A DNA stretch of 49,506 nucleotides from an uncultured Rhizobium sp. (GCA_964566095.1 CAZMHP010000002.1:1-49506); one strand, 5' to 3'; numbered from the stretch's first letter, positions 8,745-18,476 are shown. Notes: generated from the sequence alone by a model not told the origin. Made by a program: numbers and translations.

Positions 8745-9989
8745 ATGAACAAAACAGCGTTGCGCCTCGTGGCCGTGCTGGTTTTCGCGTTGAGCACCAG
8801 CGCCTGTTCGACCATCGACGATCTGATCGGCGACGACACGCCGGCTGCCGGCACGCCCACCGCCGACGCGAACGGATTCCCGCCCGTGCCGGCCGACACC
8901 GCGGACGCCGGTGCGCCGACGTCGCCCGATCTGGCCAGCGTGCCGGACAAGCCGAGCGGCACCACGACCCCCGATGCTCAGCGCGAGGTTGCCGACTCGC
9001 TGGCGGCGGACCGCGCCAAGGCCAATTACAGCGCCGAGGCGCTGCGCGGCGGTACCGAAGCGGCGGCTCCGCCTCCCGGTCCGGCGCCTGCTCCCGGAAC
9101 CGCCGTCGCCGATGCCTCACCGCCTCAGCCCGAGCCCGCGGCGGCGCCTCCGGCTGCCGATGCGACGCCTGCTCCGGCACCCGCCGACAACGCGCCACCG
9201 GCTGCGGCGCCAACCACGCCCGTAGCAGCGGCGCCCGTCGCAGCGGCACCCGTGGCGCCGCCCCCCGCCGCCGCTGCTGCCGGCGGTCAACCGGCCGTCC
9301 CGGCTGTCGGTACAGCTCCAGGCTTGCCCACGCGGATGGCCGACGCCCAGCTAGGCTTCAAGCGCTCTTCGGCCCCGCCGCTCGACCCGAATATCTCGCA
9401 ATTCGTCGCCCGGCCAATTATCTCGCGGTATGAACAGACCGCGTCGAACGCCGGCATCGCCGTCGGGCCGGTGGCGCCGTCCGACACCGCCGTGGCGGAA
9501 GTGTCACCCCGGCTCAAACGCGGCAAGATGCGGGCGGTCGGCGGTCCTGAGGTGATGGGCGGGTCGGTGGTCGCCAACCTGGACGTCCTGAACGCGCCGT
9601 CTCCCAGCGTCTATGCCAATGCGGCAGGCCTGCCCCCGACGGCGGTGGTCCTGTTCCCGGGTGATGGAACCAAGTTGACAGCGGCAGGGCGCGAGCAGGT
9701 CCGAGCGGCGGTGACCGCCTTCCAGGAGCGCGGCGGGACCGGCTTCATCAAGGTCGTCGGCCATTCCTCCAGCCGGACCGCGAACATGCCGGTGGAGAAG
9801 CATCTGGAGGAGATATTCAACAAGTCCCAGGCCCGGGCGAATGCCGTGGCGGCGGAAATCATCCGCCAGGGCGTTCCTGCCAGCCGCGTGCTTGTGGACG
9901 CGGTCGGCGACAGCCAGCCCGTCTACTACGAGTCCATGCCCCAGGGCGAAGACGGCAACCGCCGGGCGGAGATCTTCATCCAGGGGTAG
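8745..9989 (+). CDS. OmpA-family peptidoglycan-associated lipoprotein with Pro/Ala-rich linker
   Basis: Lipobox-like STSAC; long P/A low-complexity region; C-terminal VVGHSS..SQARANAVA..NRRAEIF. Confidence 0.85.
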   Translation: MNKTALRLVAVLVFALSTSACSTIDDLIGDDTPAAGTPTADANGFPPVPADTADAGAPTSPDLASVPDKPSGTTTPDAQREVADSLAADRAKANYSAEALRGGTEAAAPPPGPAPAPGTAVADASPPQPEPAAAPPAADATPAPAPADNAPPAAAPTTPVAAAPVAAAPVAPPPAAAAAGGQPAVPAVGTAPGLPTRMADAQLGFKRSSAPPLDPNISQFVARPIISRYEQTASNAGIAVGPVAPSDTAVAEVSPRLKRGKMRAVGGPEVMGGSVVANLDVLNAPSPSVYANAAGLPPTAVVLFPGDGTKLTAAGREQVRAAVTAFQERGGTGFIKVVGHSSSRTANMPVEKHLEEIFNKSQARANAVAAEIIRQGVPASRVLVDAVGDSQPVYYESMPQGEDGNRRAEIFIQG

Positions 9990-10022
9990 GTTTTCGCTCT
10001 GCCGCGGGCCGAAATCCCTTAT

Positions 10023-10052
10023 TGTCATGGCCCGCTTCTGCGGGCCATGACA
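10023..10052. repeat. REP-like hairpin, GTCATGGCC family, copy 1
   Basis: TGTCATGGCCCGC-TTCT-GCGGGCCATGACA perfect 13-bp stem; same arms as 33037-33067. Confidence 0.75.
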
Positions 10053-10073
10053 CCGAGTAGGATTGACGGGGCA

Positions 10074-11288
10074 ATGCAAACCGATTTCTACCGCATCAAG
10101 CGCCTGCCGCCTTACGTCATCGAGGAGGTCAACATCCTCAAGGCCAAGGCGCGTGCGGCCGGTGAGGACATCATCGACTTCTCGATGGGCAATCCCGACA
10201 TGCCCACGCCGCAGCATATCGTCGACAAGCTGATCGAGACGGCGCGCGACCCCCGCTCCAACCGCTACTCGGCCAGCCGCGGCATCAAGGGACTCAGGAG
10301 GGCCTATTCTGCGTTCTATGCCAGGCGCTTCGGGGTCAAAGTTGATCCGGAATCCGAGGTCATCGCCAATATCGGCTCGAAGGAAGGCTTCGCCAATCTG
10401 GCCCAGGCGATCACGGCGCCGGGCGACGTCGTTCTGGTCCCGAACCCCGCCTATCCGATCCACGCCTTCGGCTTCATCCTGGCCGGCGCCGCAATCCGCC
10501 ACGTTCCGGCGCGGACGCCGGAGGAATATCTGAGCCTGCTTGGCCGCGCCGTGAAGCACTCGGTGCCGTCGCCCCTGGCGTTGGTCGTCAACTACCCCTC
10601 GAACCCCACGGCGCAGGTCGTCGAACTCGATTTTTATAAGGAAATCGTGGCCTTCGCGAAGAAACATGAGATTTGGGTTCTGTCCGATCTGGCCTATGCC
10701 GACATCTATTTCGACGACAAGAGCCCGCCGCCCTCGATCCTGCAAATCGACGGCGCCAAGGACATCGCGATCGAATTCCAGTCGCTGTCGAAGACCTATG
10801 CCATGCCCGGTTGGCGCATGGGTTTCGCGGCGGGCAACCGCCATCTCATTCATGCCCTCGGCCGAATCAAATCTTACCTTGATTACGGCGCCTACACGCC
10901 GATCCAGGTGGCCGCGGCGGCGGCCCTGAACGGCCCACAGGACTGCGCCGACGAGATCCGCGCGACCTATAAATCCCGCCGCGACGTGCTGGTCGAATCG
11001 ATGAAGCGGGCGGGCTGGGATATTCCCTCTCCGTCGGCCTCGATGTTCGCCTGGGCGCCCGTTCCCGAATCCTATCGCGAGAAGGGCTCGATGGAGTTCG
11101 CCAAGCAGTTGCTGATCCACGCCAAGGTCGCCGTCCTGCCGGGCACCGGCTTCGGGGAGTATGGCGAAGGCTTCGTCCGTGTGGCGTTGGTCGAGAACGA
11201 ACACCGCATCCGCCAGGCGGCGCGCAACGTGAAGAAGTTTCTCTCGCTGCGGGTCAACGAACCAGCGGTTTTGGAAGACGCCAAGTGA
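10074..11288 (+). CDS. PLP-dependent class I aminotransferase (AlaC / LL-DAP aminotransferase-like)
   Basis: RLPPYV, MGNPD, IGSKEG, NYPSNPT, SLSKTYAMPGWRMGF (PLP Lys); adjacent to hom. Confidence 0.92.
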   Translation: MQTDFYRIKRLPPYVIEEVNILKAKARAAGEDIIDFSMGNPDMPTPQHIVDKLIETARDPRSNRYSASRGIKGLRRAYSAFYARRFGVKVDPESEVIANIGSKEGFANLAQAITAPGDVVLVPNPAYPIHAFGFILAGAAIRHVPARTPEEYLSLLGRAVKHSVPSPLALVVNYPSNPTAQVVELDFYKEIVAFAKKHEIWVLSDLAYADIYFDDKSPPPSILQIDGAKDIAIEFQSLSKTYAMPGWRMGFAAGNRHLIHALGRIKSYLDYGAYTPIQVAAAAALNGPQDCADEIRATYKSRRDVLVESMKRAGWDIPSPSASMFAWAPVPESYREKGSMEFAKQLLIHAKVAVLPGTGFGEYGEGFVRVALVENEHRIRQAARNVKKFLSLRVNEPAVLEDAK

Positions 11289-12565
11289 AGCCCCTGCGCA
11301 TCGCGATGGCCGGCCTGGGCACGGTCGGCGGGGGCGTCGTCAAGGCGCTCGCCAATCCCGAACTGGCCGAGCGGACCGGCCGCCGGCTCGATGTGGTCGC
11401 CGTTTCGGCCCGTGACAGGGCCAAGAATCGCGGCTTCGACACCTCCGGCTTTCTCTGGGTGAGTGACCCGGTTGCGCTGGCCAAGGCTGACGTGGATGTC
11501 GTGGTCGAGCTGATCGGCGGCGAGGACGGCGTGGCGCTAGCCCTGGTGGAAGCCGCGCTGGCCAACGGCAAGCATGTCGTTACCGGCAACAAAGCCCTGC
11601 TTGCCAAGCACGGTGCCCGGCTGGCTGCGCTGGCCGAGAAGAACGGCTTGGCGCTCAAATGGGAGGCTGCGGTGGCGGGCGGCATCCCCATCGTCAAAGT
11701 GCTGCGGGAGAGCTTGATCGCCTATGGCGTGGAGGCGGTGCGCGGCATTCTGAACGGTACCTGCAACTACATTCTGACCCAGATGGAAGCGACGGGGCAG
11801 GGCTTTGCCGACGTCCTTAAGGATGCCCAACGGCTCGGTTACGCCGAGGCCGACCCCCTGCTCGATGTCGGCGGCGGCGACACGGCGCACAAATTGGTTC
11901 TGCTGGCGAGCCTCGCCTTCGGCACCGTGCCCGACCAGAAGAACATCTCGGTGGAGGGGATTGAGGGCATCACCACCGAAGACATCCGCTTTGCCCACGA
12001 GTTCGGCTATCGCATCAAGCTCCTGGGCATCGCGCGCCGCACGGCCCAGGGCATCGACCAGCGCGTGCGCCCCGCCATGGTCAAGGCTGGCACGCCGCTC
12101 GCCGACGTCGATGGCGTGTTCAATGCCGTCATGGCCAATGCCGGTCCCGCCGGCCGCTATTTCTTCGAGGGTCGCGGCGCCGGCGCGGCGCCGACGGCGC
12201 TCTCCGTCGTGGCCGATCTGGTGGATGTCGCGCGCGACAATTTCGGCCCCAGCTTCGGCCGGCCGGCCGCGACCTTGAAGCCGCTCGCACCGTCGGACCC
12301 CGGCGTCGCGACCGCAGCCTATTATCTGCGCTTCGAGGTGCTCGACGTGCCGGGCGTCCTGGCCGAGATCGCGCGGCACCTGGCCGAAGCGAAGGTCTCG
12401 ATCGAGAGCATGATCCAGCGCGGCCGTAGTCCCGGTGAACCCGTGTCGATCGTCATGATCACCCACGAAACCTCACAGGCTTCTGTCGAGCGCGCCTTGA
12501 AGGCGATTGCCACCTCCGACAAGGTGCGCGCCCGCCCGTGCATGATTCCGATGGAGGCCGCTTGA
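11285..12565 (+). CDS. hom: Homoserine dehydrogenase with C-terminal ACT domain
   Basis: GLGTVGGGV, HVVTGNKA, EAAVAGGIP, GILNGTCNYIL, GYAEADP, DVPGVLA. Confidence 0.97.
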   Translation: MKPLRIAMAGLGTVGGGVVKALANPELAERTGRRLDVVAVSARDRAKNRGFDTSGFLWVSDPVALAKADVDVVVELIGGEDGVALALVEAALANGKHVVTGNKALLAKHGARLAALAEKNGLALKWEAAVAGGIPIVKVLRESLIAYGVEAVRGILNGTCNYILTQMEATGQGFADVLKDAQRLGYAEADPLLDVGGGDTAHKLVLLASLAFGTVPDQKNISVEGIEGITTEDIRFAHEFGYRIKLLGIARRTAQGIDQRVRPAMVKAGTPLADVDGVFNAVMANAGPAGRYFFEGRGAGAAPTALSVVADLVDVARDNFGPSFGRPAATLKPLAPSDPGVATAAYYLRFEVLDVPGVLAEIARHLAEAKVSIESMIQRGRSPGEPVSIVMITHETSQASVERALKAIATSDKVRARPCMIPMEAA

Positions 12566-13566
12566 GCTCGAAAAATTCGGCGATTTCACCCGGCAGACAC
12601 AGCCCGCTCGACCGCGCCTTTGCGCTCGAGGCCGTGCGCGTCACCGAAGCGGCTGCCATTGCGGCGGCGGAGCAGATCGGTCGCGGCGACGAGCACGCCG
12701 CCGACCATGCCGCCGTCGAAGCCATGCGCAAGGCGTTCAACGATCTACCGATCTCCGGCACCGTGCGCATCGGCGAGGGCGAGCGCGACGAAGCCCCGAT
12801 GCTCTACATCGGAGAAGAGGTCGGCTCCGGCGGCCTCGCGGTCGATATCGCGCTCGATCCGCTGGAAGGCACGACGCTGACCGCCAAGGCGATGGCGAAC
12901 GCGCTCGCCGTGATGGCGATGGCCGAGCCGGGCACGCTGCTGAACGCGCCCGACACCTATATGGACAAGATCGCGATCGGCCCCGGCTATCCGGCCGACA
13001 TCATCGATCTCGACGCCGATCCCGCCGACAACATCCATCGCCTCGCCGAGGCGAAGGGCATCAGACCCAGGGACATCACGGCCTGCATCATGGATCGGCC
13101 GCGCCACGAAGCGCTGATCGCCAAGGTGCGGGCGACGGGCGCCGCGATCAAGCTGATCACCGACGGCGACGTCGCCGGCGTGATCGCCTGCACCAATCCG
13201 AGCACCGATATCGATATCTATCTGGGCATCGGCGGTGCGCCGGAAGGCGTGCTGGCGGCGGCGGCCTTGCGCTGCGTCGGCGGTCAGATGCAGTCGCGCC
13301 TCGTGTTCCGCAACGACGCCGAGCGCGAACGCGCGGCGCGCTGGGGCGTGAAGGATCTGAACCGCAAATACGGCCTGCACGATATGGCGTCGGGCGACGT
13401 CGTGTTCGCCGCGACCGGGGTCACCGACGGCTCGATGCTCCAGGGCGTGCACTACGAGGACGGCTTCATCACCACCGAAAGCGTGGTGATGCGTTCGGCC
13501 ACCGGCACCGTGCGCTGGATCAAGGCGCGCCATGGCCGCGCACGCCATCTCAAGGATGAGCGCTGA
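12562..13566 (+). CDS. glpX: Fructose-1,6-bisphosphatase class II
   Basis: RVTEAAA, IGEGERDEAPMLYIGE, DPLEGT, DGDV, GGAPEGVL, ATGVTDG; TTG start overlapping the hom stop (start approximate). Confidence 0.96.
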   Translation: MSSKNSAISPGRHSPLDRAFALEAVRVTEAAAIAAAEQIGRGDEHAADHAAVEAMRKAFNDLPISGTVRIGEGERDEAPMLYIGEEVGSGGLAVDIALDPLEGTTLTAKAMANALAVMAMAEPGTLLNAPDTYMDKIAIGPGYPADIIDLDADPADNIHRLAEAKGIRPRDITACIMDRPRHEALIAKVRATGAAIKLITDGDVAGVIACTNPSTDIDIYLGIGGAPEGVLAAAALRCVGGQMQSRLVFRNDAERERAARWGVKDLNRKYGLHDMASGDVVFAATGVTDGSMLQGVHYEDGFITTESVVMRSATGTVRWIKARHGRARHLKDER

Positions 13567-13584
13567 CTTCGTGAGCGACCGCGC

Positions 13585-13650
13585 CATCCTTCGACAAGCT
13601 CAGGATGAGGATTGCTCTAAAGATCCTCGCCCTGAGCTTGTCGAAGGGTG
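13585..13650. repeat. Inverted REP doublet (CTTCGACA.GCTCAG family), copy 1
   Basis: 28-nt arms 13585-13612 and 13623-13650 are reverse complements with 3 mismatches; second copy at 33781-33852. Confidence 0.85.
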
Positions 13651-15450
13651 AGCTTGGCAATGCTGGCAAACCGAACATTGATCCCGGGCGAAGACGCGGC
13701 GCTGGGCGTCGTGCGTTCCGTCACGGGGCGCCGCTGGCGATTGACGCCGAGCGACGATGCCCTGACGCAGGCCTTGGCGCGCGACGGCCGGCTTGCCCTT
13801 CCGCTTGCCCGGCTTCTGATCGCGCGCGGCGTCGCGCCGGCGGATGCGGCCGACTATCTCACCCCGACGCTGAAGCGCCTTCTGCCCGAGCCGCTGACCC
13901 TCAAGGACATGGACAAGGCCGTCGCGCGTGTCGCGGCCGCGCTCGAGTCCGGCGAGAAGATGGCGGTGTGGGGCGACTACGACGTTGACGGCTCGGCATC
14001 GGCGGCGCTGCTCAGCGAATTCTTCGCCGCGCTTGGCGTCGCGGTTCGCGTTTACATTCCCGATCGCATGACGGAAGGCTACGGGCCGAACGCCGCCGGG
14101 CTGCGCCGGTTGAAAGACGATGGCGTCTCGCTGGTCATCACGGTGGACTGCGGCGCCGGCGCCGTCGCGGCGCTCACCGACGCGCGTGCGCAGGGCCTGG
14201 ACGTCGTCGTGCTGGACCATCACGCGGTCGAGGCGCCGCCGCCGGCCGTGGCGCACGTCAATCCCAATCAGCCCGGCGACACATCGGGTCTCGGTCATCT
14301 CTGTGCCGCCGCCATCGCCTTCCTGTTCGCCGTGGCGCTCAATCGGGCTCTGCGCGAGGCCGGGTATTACGCGCGGCGCGGAACGAGCGAGCCGGATTTG
14401 CGCAAGCATGCCGATCTGGTGGGCTTGGCCACAGTGGCGGATGTCGTGCCGCTGACCGGCGTCAACCGCGCCTTCGTGCGCGCGGGGCTGGCGCGATTGA
14501 ACACATTGGAGCGTGCCGGCTTCGCCGCCCTCGGCGAGGTGGCGAAGATCGCGCCGCCCTTCACGCCCTACACGCTGGGGTTTCTGTTCGGCCCGCGCAT
14601 CAACGCCGGTGGCCGCGTCGGCCGCTCCAGCCTCGGCGTGGAACTGCTGACGGCAAAAGACGCCGACGCCGCGCGCGAGCTTGCGCTGGCGTTGGATACG
14701 CACAATCGCGAACGCCAGGCGATCGAGGCGATGATCCTCGAGGAGGCCATCGCGCTCAGCGCCGCCGATCCCGACAGCCCCTTTGTCTTCGTCGCGAAGG
14801 AGGGCTGGCACGCCGGCGTCGTCGGCATCGTGGCCGGCCGCCTCAAGGAGCGCGCCAACAAGCCCGCGCTCGTCGCCGGGTTCGAAGGCGGTTTGGGACG
14901 CGGCTCCGCCCGCTCGGTTTCGGGGATCGATATCGGCGCCGTCATTCGCGCCGCGCGCGAAGCCGGGTTGATCGACAGTGGCGGCGGCCACGCCATGGCC
15001 GCCGGTTTCGGCCTCAGGCCCGAGCAGGTCGAAGGCTTCCGCGCCTTCCTGGCCGCGCGGTTCGCCAATGCCGACAGTCTGGCGCCTGGCATGTTGGACA
15101 TCGACGCCGTCATCTCGCCTTCCGGCGCGACGATCGATCTCGTGGAGGCTTTCGCACAGGCCGGCCCGTTCGGCGCCGGCAATGCCGAGCCGCTCTTGGC
15201 CGTGCCGGACGTCCGGGTCGCATTCGCCGATGTCGTCGGCAAGGCGCATGTGCGGCTGCGGCTCTTGGGCGGCGACGGCGCGCGCCTCGACGCCATCGCA
15301 TTCCGCGTCGCCGATCAGCCGCTTGGCGAGGCTTTGCTGGCGGCGCGTGGCAAGAACATCCACGCCGTGGGGCGGCTGCGCGCGGATGTCTGGCAGGGCC
15401 AAAAACGCGTGCAACTTCAACTGGAAGACGCCGCCCCGGCCGGCGTCTGA
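13648..15450 (+). CDS. recJ: Single-stranded-DNA-specific exonuclease RecJ
   Basis: GDYDVDG, YIPDRMTEGYG, TVDCG, DHH, ATVADVV, PRINAGGR, GGGHAMAAG, PFGAGN (start GTG 13648 or ATG 13660). Confidence 0.97.
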   Translation: MSLAMLANRTLIPGEDAALGVVRSVTGRRWRLTPSDDALTQALARDGRLALPLARLLIARGVAPADAADYLTPTLKRLLPEPLTLKDMDKAVARVAAALESGEKMAVWGDYDVDGSASAALLSEFFAALGVAVRVYIPDRMTEGYGPNAAGLRRLKDDGVSLVITVDCGAGAVAALTDARAQGLDVVVLDHHAVEAPPPAVAHVNPNQPGDTSGLGHLCAAAIAFLFAVALNRALREAGYYARRGTSEPDLRKHADLVGLATVADVVPLTGVNRAFVRAGLARLNTLERAGFAALGEVAKIAPPFTPYTLGFLFGPRINAGGRVGRSSLGVELLTAKDADAARELALALDTHNRERQAIEAMILEEAIALSAADPDSPFVFVAKEGWHAGVVGIVAGRLKERANKPALVAGFEGGLGRGSARSVSGIDIGAVIRAAREAGLIDSGGGHAMAAGFGLRPEQVEGFRAFLAARFANADSLAPGMLDIDAVISPSGATIDLVEAFAQAGPFGAGNAEPLLAVPDVRVAFADVVGKAHVRLRLLGGDGARLDAIAFRVADQPLGEALLAARGKNIHAVGRLRADVWQGQKRVQLQLEDAAPAGV

Positions 15451-15457
15451 CCCCGGC

Positions 15458-15486
15458 TTGCAAAGCGGCGGAACGGGCCTTATAGC
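15458..15486 (+). promoter_or_regulatory. Sigma70 promoter of tRNA-Glu
   Basis: TTGCAA-N17-TATAGC, 13 nt upstream of the tRNA. Confidence 0.7.
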
Positions 15487-15499
15487 CCCGCTTCCAACC

Positions 15500-15574
15500 G
15501 CGCCCTTCGTCTATCGGTTAGGACTCAAGATTTTCAATCTTGCAAGACGGGTTCGACTCCCGTAGGGCGCGCCA
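15500..15574 (+). tRNA. tRNA-Glu(UUC)
   Basis: Acceptor GCGCCCT/AGGGCGC, anticodon arm CAAGA-TT-TTC-AA-TCTTG, GTTCGA T-loop, encoded CCA. Confidence 0.96.
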
Positions 15575-15666
15575 CCCTGCGCCGTTTCACGGCTTCGGGT
15601 GGCAGGCCACCGGCGTTTCATTCGGCGTAGGGTGTCTCCCGAAGCTCCGCAGGAGCGCAGGGAGAC
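15571..15666. repeat. Pair of oppositely oriented bulged hairpins starting in the tRNA-Glu 3' end
   Basis: GCCACCC-TGC-GCCGT-TTC-ACGGC-TTC-GGGTGGC (+, 15571-15603) and GTCTCCC-TGC-GCTCC-TGC-GGAGC-TTC-GGGAGAC (-, 15666-15634). Confidence 0.75.
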
Positions 15667-15672
15667 TGTCGC

Positions 15673-15927
15673 ATGTGGTATGTCTATTTCCTCCAACTCG
15701 GAAATGGCGACATTTACGTCGGCTCGACGAATGATCTGAGACGACGTATTGCGTCGCACAGCAGAGGTCACGTCGATTCCACAAGAGTAAATCTGCCCGC
15801 CAAACTGCGCGCCTATGTGGCGGTTGAAACGGAAATCATAGCGCGCCAATTTGAGCGATACTTCAAATCTGGTTCGGGAAAAGCCGTCGCCAAGAAGCGG
15901 TTTCTCTCGCCGATCGGCCAAGCCTGA
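15673..15927 (+). CDS. Stand-alone GIY-YIG nuclease family protein (84 aa)
   Basis: WYVYFL...IYVGST.DLRRRIASH..G...T, ARQFERYFKSGSG; lower GC than the neighbouring genes. Confidence 0.92.
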   Translation: MWYVYFLQLGNGDIYVGSTNDLRRRIASHSRGHVDSTRVNLPAKLRAYVAVETEIIARQFERYFKSGSGKAVAKKRFLSPIGQA

Positions 15928-15979
15928 CGATCAGCCGCCAGTTCCCATTTCTATCCCGTGGGGCACGCCATCTTTTACG

Positions 15980-16028
15980 GCGGGCGGGCAAAGTGGCCGC
16001 CACGCCAACCCCACTTTGCCCGCCCGCT
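15980..16028. repeat. 17-bp perfect inverted repeat between convergent GIY-YIG and cysA; partly repeated in the tRNA-Asn trailer
   Basis: GCGGGCGGGCAAAGTGG-N14-CCACTTTGCCCGCCCGC; 15996-16028 matches the reverse complement of 49177-49209 at 31/33. Confidence 0.8.
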
Positions 16029-16032
16029 AGGT

Positions 16033-16761
16033 TCAGTTCGTCCTGAGCTCGATGAAGTCGCGCACGAAGTTGGACCGCGGCGATTGCCGCACGTCGGCGG
16101 GTGTCCCGTACTGCTCGATCTTGCCGCCGTTCATCACCGCCACCAGGTCCGCGAGTTCGAACGCCTCCTCCTGATCGTGGGTGACGAACACCGTGGTGAG
16201 ACCCAGCTTCTCATGCAGCGCACGCAGCCAGCCGCGCAATTCCTTGCGCACCTTCGCATCGAGCGCGCCGAACGGCTCGTCCAGCAGCAGCATGCGCGGC
16301 TCGATGGCGAGCGCGCGGGCCAGGGCCACGCGCTGGCGCTGTCCCCCGGACAGCTGGCTCGGATAGCGTTTCCCGAGGCTTTCCAGCTGCACCAGCGCCA
16401 ACAACTCTTCCACGCGCTGCGCGATCTTTGCGCGCGAGGGCCGCTCGCGCCGAGGTTTCACGGACAGGCCGAACGCGATGTTCTTTTCCACCGTCATATG
16501 GCGGAACAGCGCGTATTGCTGGAACACGAAGCCGGTGCGCCGTTCGCGCGCCGGCACGCCCAGCCAATTGAGATCGGCGAAATGCACGCTCCCGGCGTCG
16601 GAAAATTCGAGCCCGCCCAGAATTCGCAGCAGGGTCGTCTTGCCCGAGCCCGATGGCCCCAGCAGCGCCACGAACGCGCCTTGCGGCGCCGTGAAGCTCA
16701 CGCCTTTAAGCGCATCGAAAGAGCCGAAGCGCTTGGTGATGGAATCGACGGTCAACGACAT
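16033..16761 (-). CDS. cysA: Sulfate ABC transporter ATP-binding protein (short form)
   Basis: [56 protein letters not shown]. Confidence 0.92.
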   Translation of the reverse strand: MSLTVDSITKRFGSFDALKGVSFTAPQGAFVALLGPSGSGKTTLLRILGGLEFSDAGSVHFADLNWLGVPARERRTGFVFQQYALFRHMTVEKNIAFGLSVKPRRERPSRAKIAQRVEELLALVQLESLGKRYPSQLSGGQRQRVALARALAIEPRMLLLDEPFGALDAKVRKELRGWLRALHEKLGLTTVFVTHDQEEAFELADLVAVMNGGKIEQYGTPADVRQSPRSNFVRDFIELRTN

Positions 16762-16776
16762 GGAATTGCCTTCGTA

Positions 16777-17628
16777 TCAATGATGATGCGTCGCGGCGAT
16801 CTCGTCCGCGTAGCGCCATTCGAGAAATGTCTTGAGGGCCAATGTCACGAGCGCCAGCAGGGCGAGAAGCATCGCCACCGCGAAGGCCGCCTGATACTGG
16901 TAGTCGTTGTAGAGCACCTCGATGTGCAGCGGCATCGTGTCGGTCAGGCCCCGGATGTGCCCCGATACCACCGACACAGCGCCGAACTCGCCCATGGCGC
17001 GCGCGTTGCACAGAAGAACGCCATAGAGCAGGCCCCATTTGATGTTGGGCAGCGTCACGCGCCAGAAGATCGACAAGCCCGATGCGCCGAGCGAGACCGC
17101 GGCCTCTTCCTCGTCGCGCCCTTGTTCGTTCATCAGCGGGATCAACTCGCGCGCCACGAAGGGGAAGGTGACGAAGATCGTCGCCAGCACGATGCCCGGC
17201 AGCGCGAAGATGATGTGGATGTCGTGCGCCGACAGATACGGGCCGAGCCAGCCTTGCAGGCCGAACACCAGCACGTAGATCAAGCCCGACACGACCGGCG
17301 ACACCGAAAAGGGAAGATCGATGAAGGTAACGAGAAGTCCCTTGCCCGGAAAGTCGAACTTGGTCACCAGCCAGGCCCCGGCGACGCCGAATGCGGCATT
17401 GAGCGGCACCGAGATCGCGGCGGCGACGATCGTCAGGCGGATTGCCGCCAGCGCGTCGGGCTCCTCAATCGCGGCCCAGACGGGTTTGAGACCATCGTTG
17501 AGCGCCTCGCCGAACACCACGATCAGCGGCAGCACGAGGAATAGGCCTATGAACGCCAGCGAAAGCGCGGTCAGGCCGAACCGCGTCGTCCAGTGATCGG
17601 CGGTGGGGGACACGAAGCGCGGGCTCAT
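16777..17628 (-). CDS. cysW: Sulfate ABC transporter permease CysW
   Basis: [45 protein letters not shown]. Confidence 0.96.
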   Translation of the reverse strand: MSPRFVSPTADHWTTRFGLTALSLAFIGLFLVLPLIVVFGEALNDGLKPVWAAIEEPDALAAIRLTIVAAAISVPLNAAFGVAGAWLVTKFDFPGKGLLVTFIDLPFSVSPVVSGLIYVLVFGLQGWLGPYLSAHDIHIIFALPGIVLATIFVTFPFVARELIPLMNEQGRDEEEAAVSLGASGLSIFWRVTLPNIKWGLLYGVLLCNARAMGEFGAVSVVSGHIRGLTDTMPLHIEVLYNDYQYQAAFAVAMLLALLALVTLALKTFLEWRYADEIAATHHH

Positions 17629-18476
17629 TGGCGCGACGCGCTCCAGCTTTGCAGCAGATTGAGCGCGAGGAGCATCGCGAACGAGGCCGCCAGCATGATC
17701 ACGCCGATCGCCGAGGCGCCGGCATAGTCGTTCTCGTTGAGCTTGATGATGATCAGCAGCGGCGCGATTTCCGAGATGCCCGGCAGATTGCCGGCAATGA
17801 AGATCACCGAGCCGTATTCGCCGACCGCGCGGGCAAAGGAAAGCGCTGTGCCCGTGAGGATGGACGGCACCAGCGCCGGCAACACGACGCGCCGCATCGT
17901 CTGCAGCCGCGTCGCGCCCAGCGTCGCTGCGGCCTCCTCGGCGTCGCGGCCGAACTCCGCCAGCACGGGCTGCAGCGTGCGCACCACGAAGGGCAGGCCG
18001 ATGAAGATCAGCGCGATCAGCACGCCGTATGGGGTATAGCCGATGCGGATGCCGAACTCCGCCAGCGGCCGTCCCAGCCAGCCATTGGGCGCGTAGAGCG
18101 CCGAAAGCGCGATGCCGGCCACCGCGGTCGGCAACGCGAAGGGAAGGTCCACTAACGCATCAAGCAGGCCGCGTCCCGGGAACCGGTAGCGCACCAGAAC
18201 CCAGGCGACCATCGCGCCGAACACCGTGTTGATCGCCGCGGCGATCAGGGAAGCGCCGAACGACAGCCGCAGCGCATGCTGGACGCGGACGTCACTCAGG
18301 ATGTCCCAAAAGCCGCTCCACCCGATCTCCCATGGCCGGATGATCAGCGCGGCGAGCGGCACCAGCACGATCGCCGACAGGTAGAACAGCGTGAATCCGA
18401 GCGTCAACCCGAAGCCGGGTAGCGCGCTCGGATTCCGCCATCGCCGTACTGGGAGAGCAGCGGCGATGATGCTCAT
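17625..18476 (-). CDS. cysT: Sulfate ABC transporter permease CysT
   Basis: [47 protein letters not shown]. Confidence 0.96.
   Translation of the reverse strand: MSIIAAALPVRRWRNPSALPGFGLTLGFTLFYLSAIVLVPLAALIIRPWEIGWSGFWDILSDVRVQHALRLSFGASLIAAAINTVFGAMVAWVLVRYRFPGRGLLDALVDLPFALPTAVAGIALSALYAPNGWLGRPLAEFGIRIGYTPYGVLIALIFIGLPFVVRTLQPVLAEFGRDAEEAAATLGATRLQTMRRVVLPALVPSILTGTALSFARAVGEYGSVIFIAGNLPGISEIAPLLIIIKLNENDYAGASAIGVIMLAASFAMLLALNLLQSWSASRQ

Noticed and set aside
9060-9300. GC-rich quasi-repeats inside the OmpA-family gene
   Set aside because: Explained by the Pro/Ala low-complexity linker; no regular unit or spacer, so not a CRISPR or VNTR
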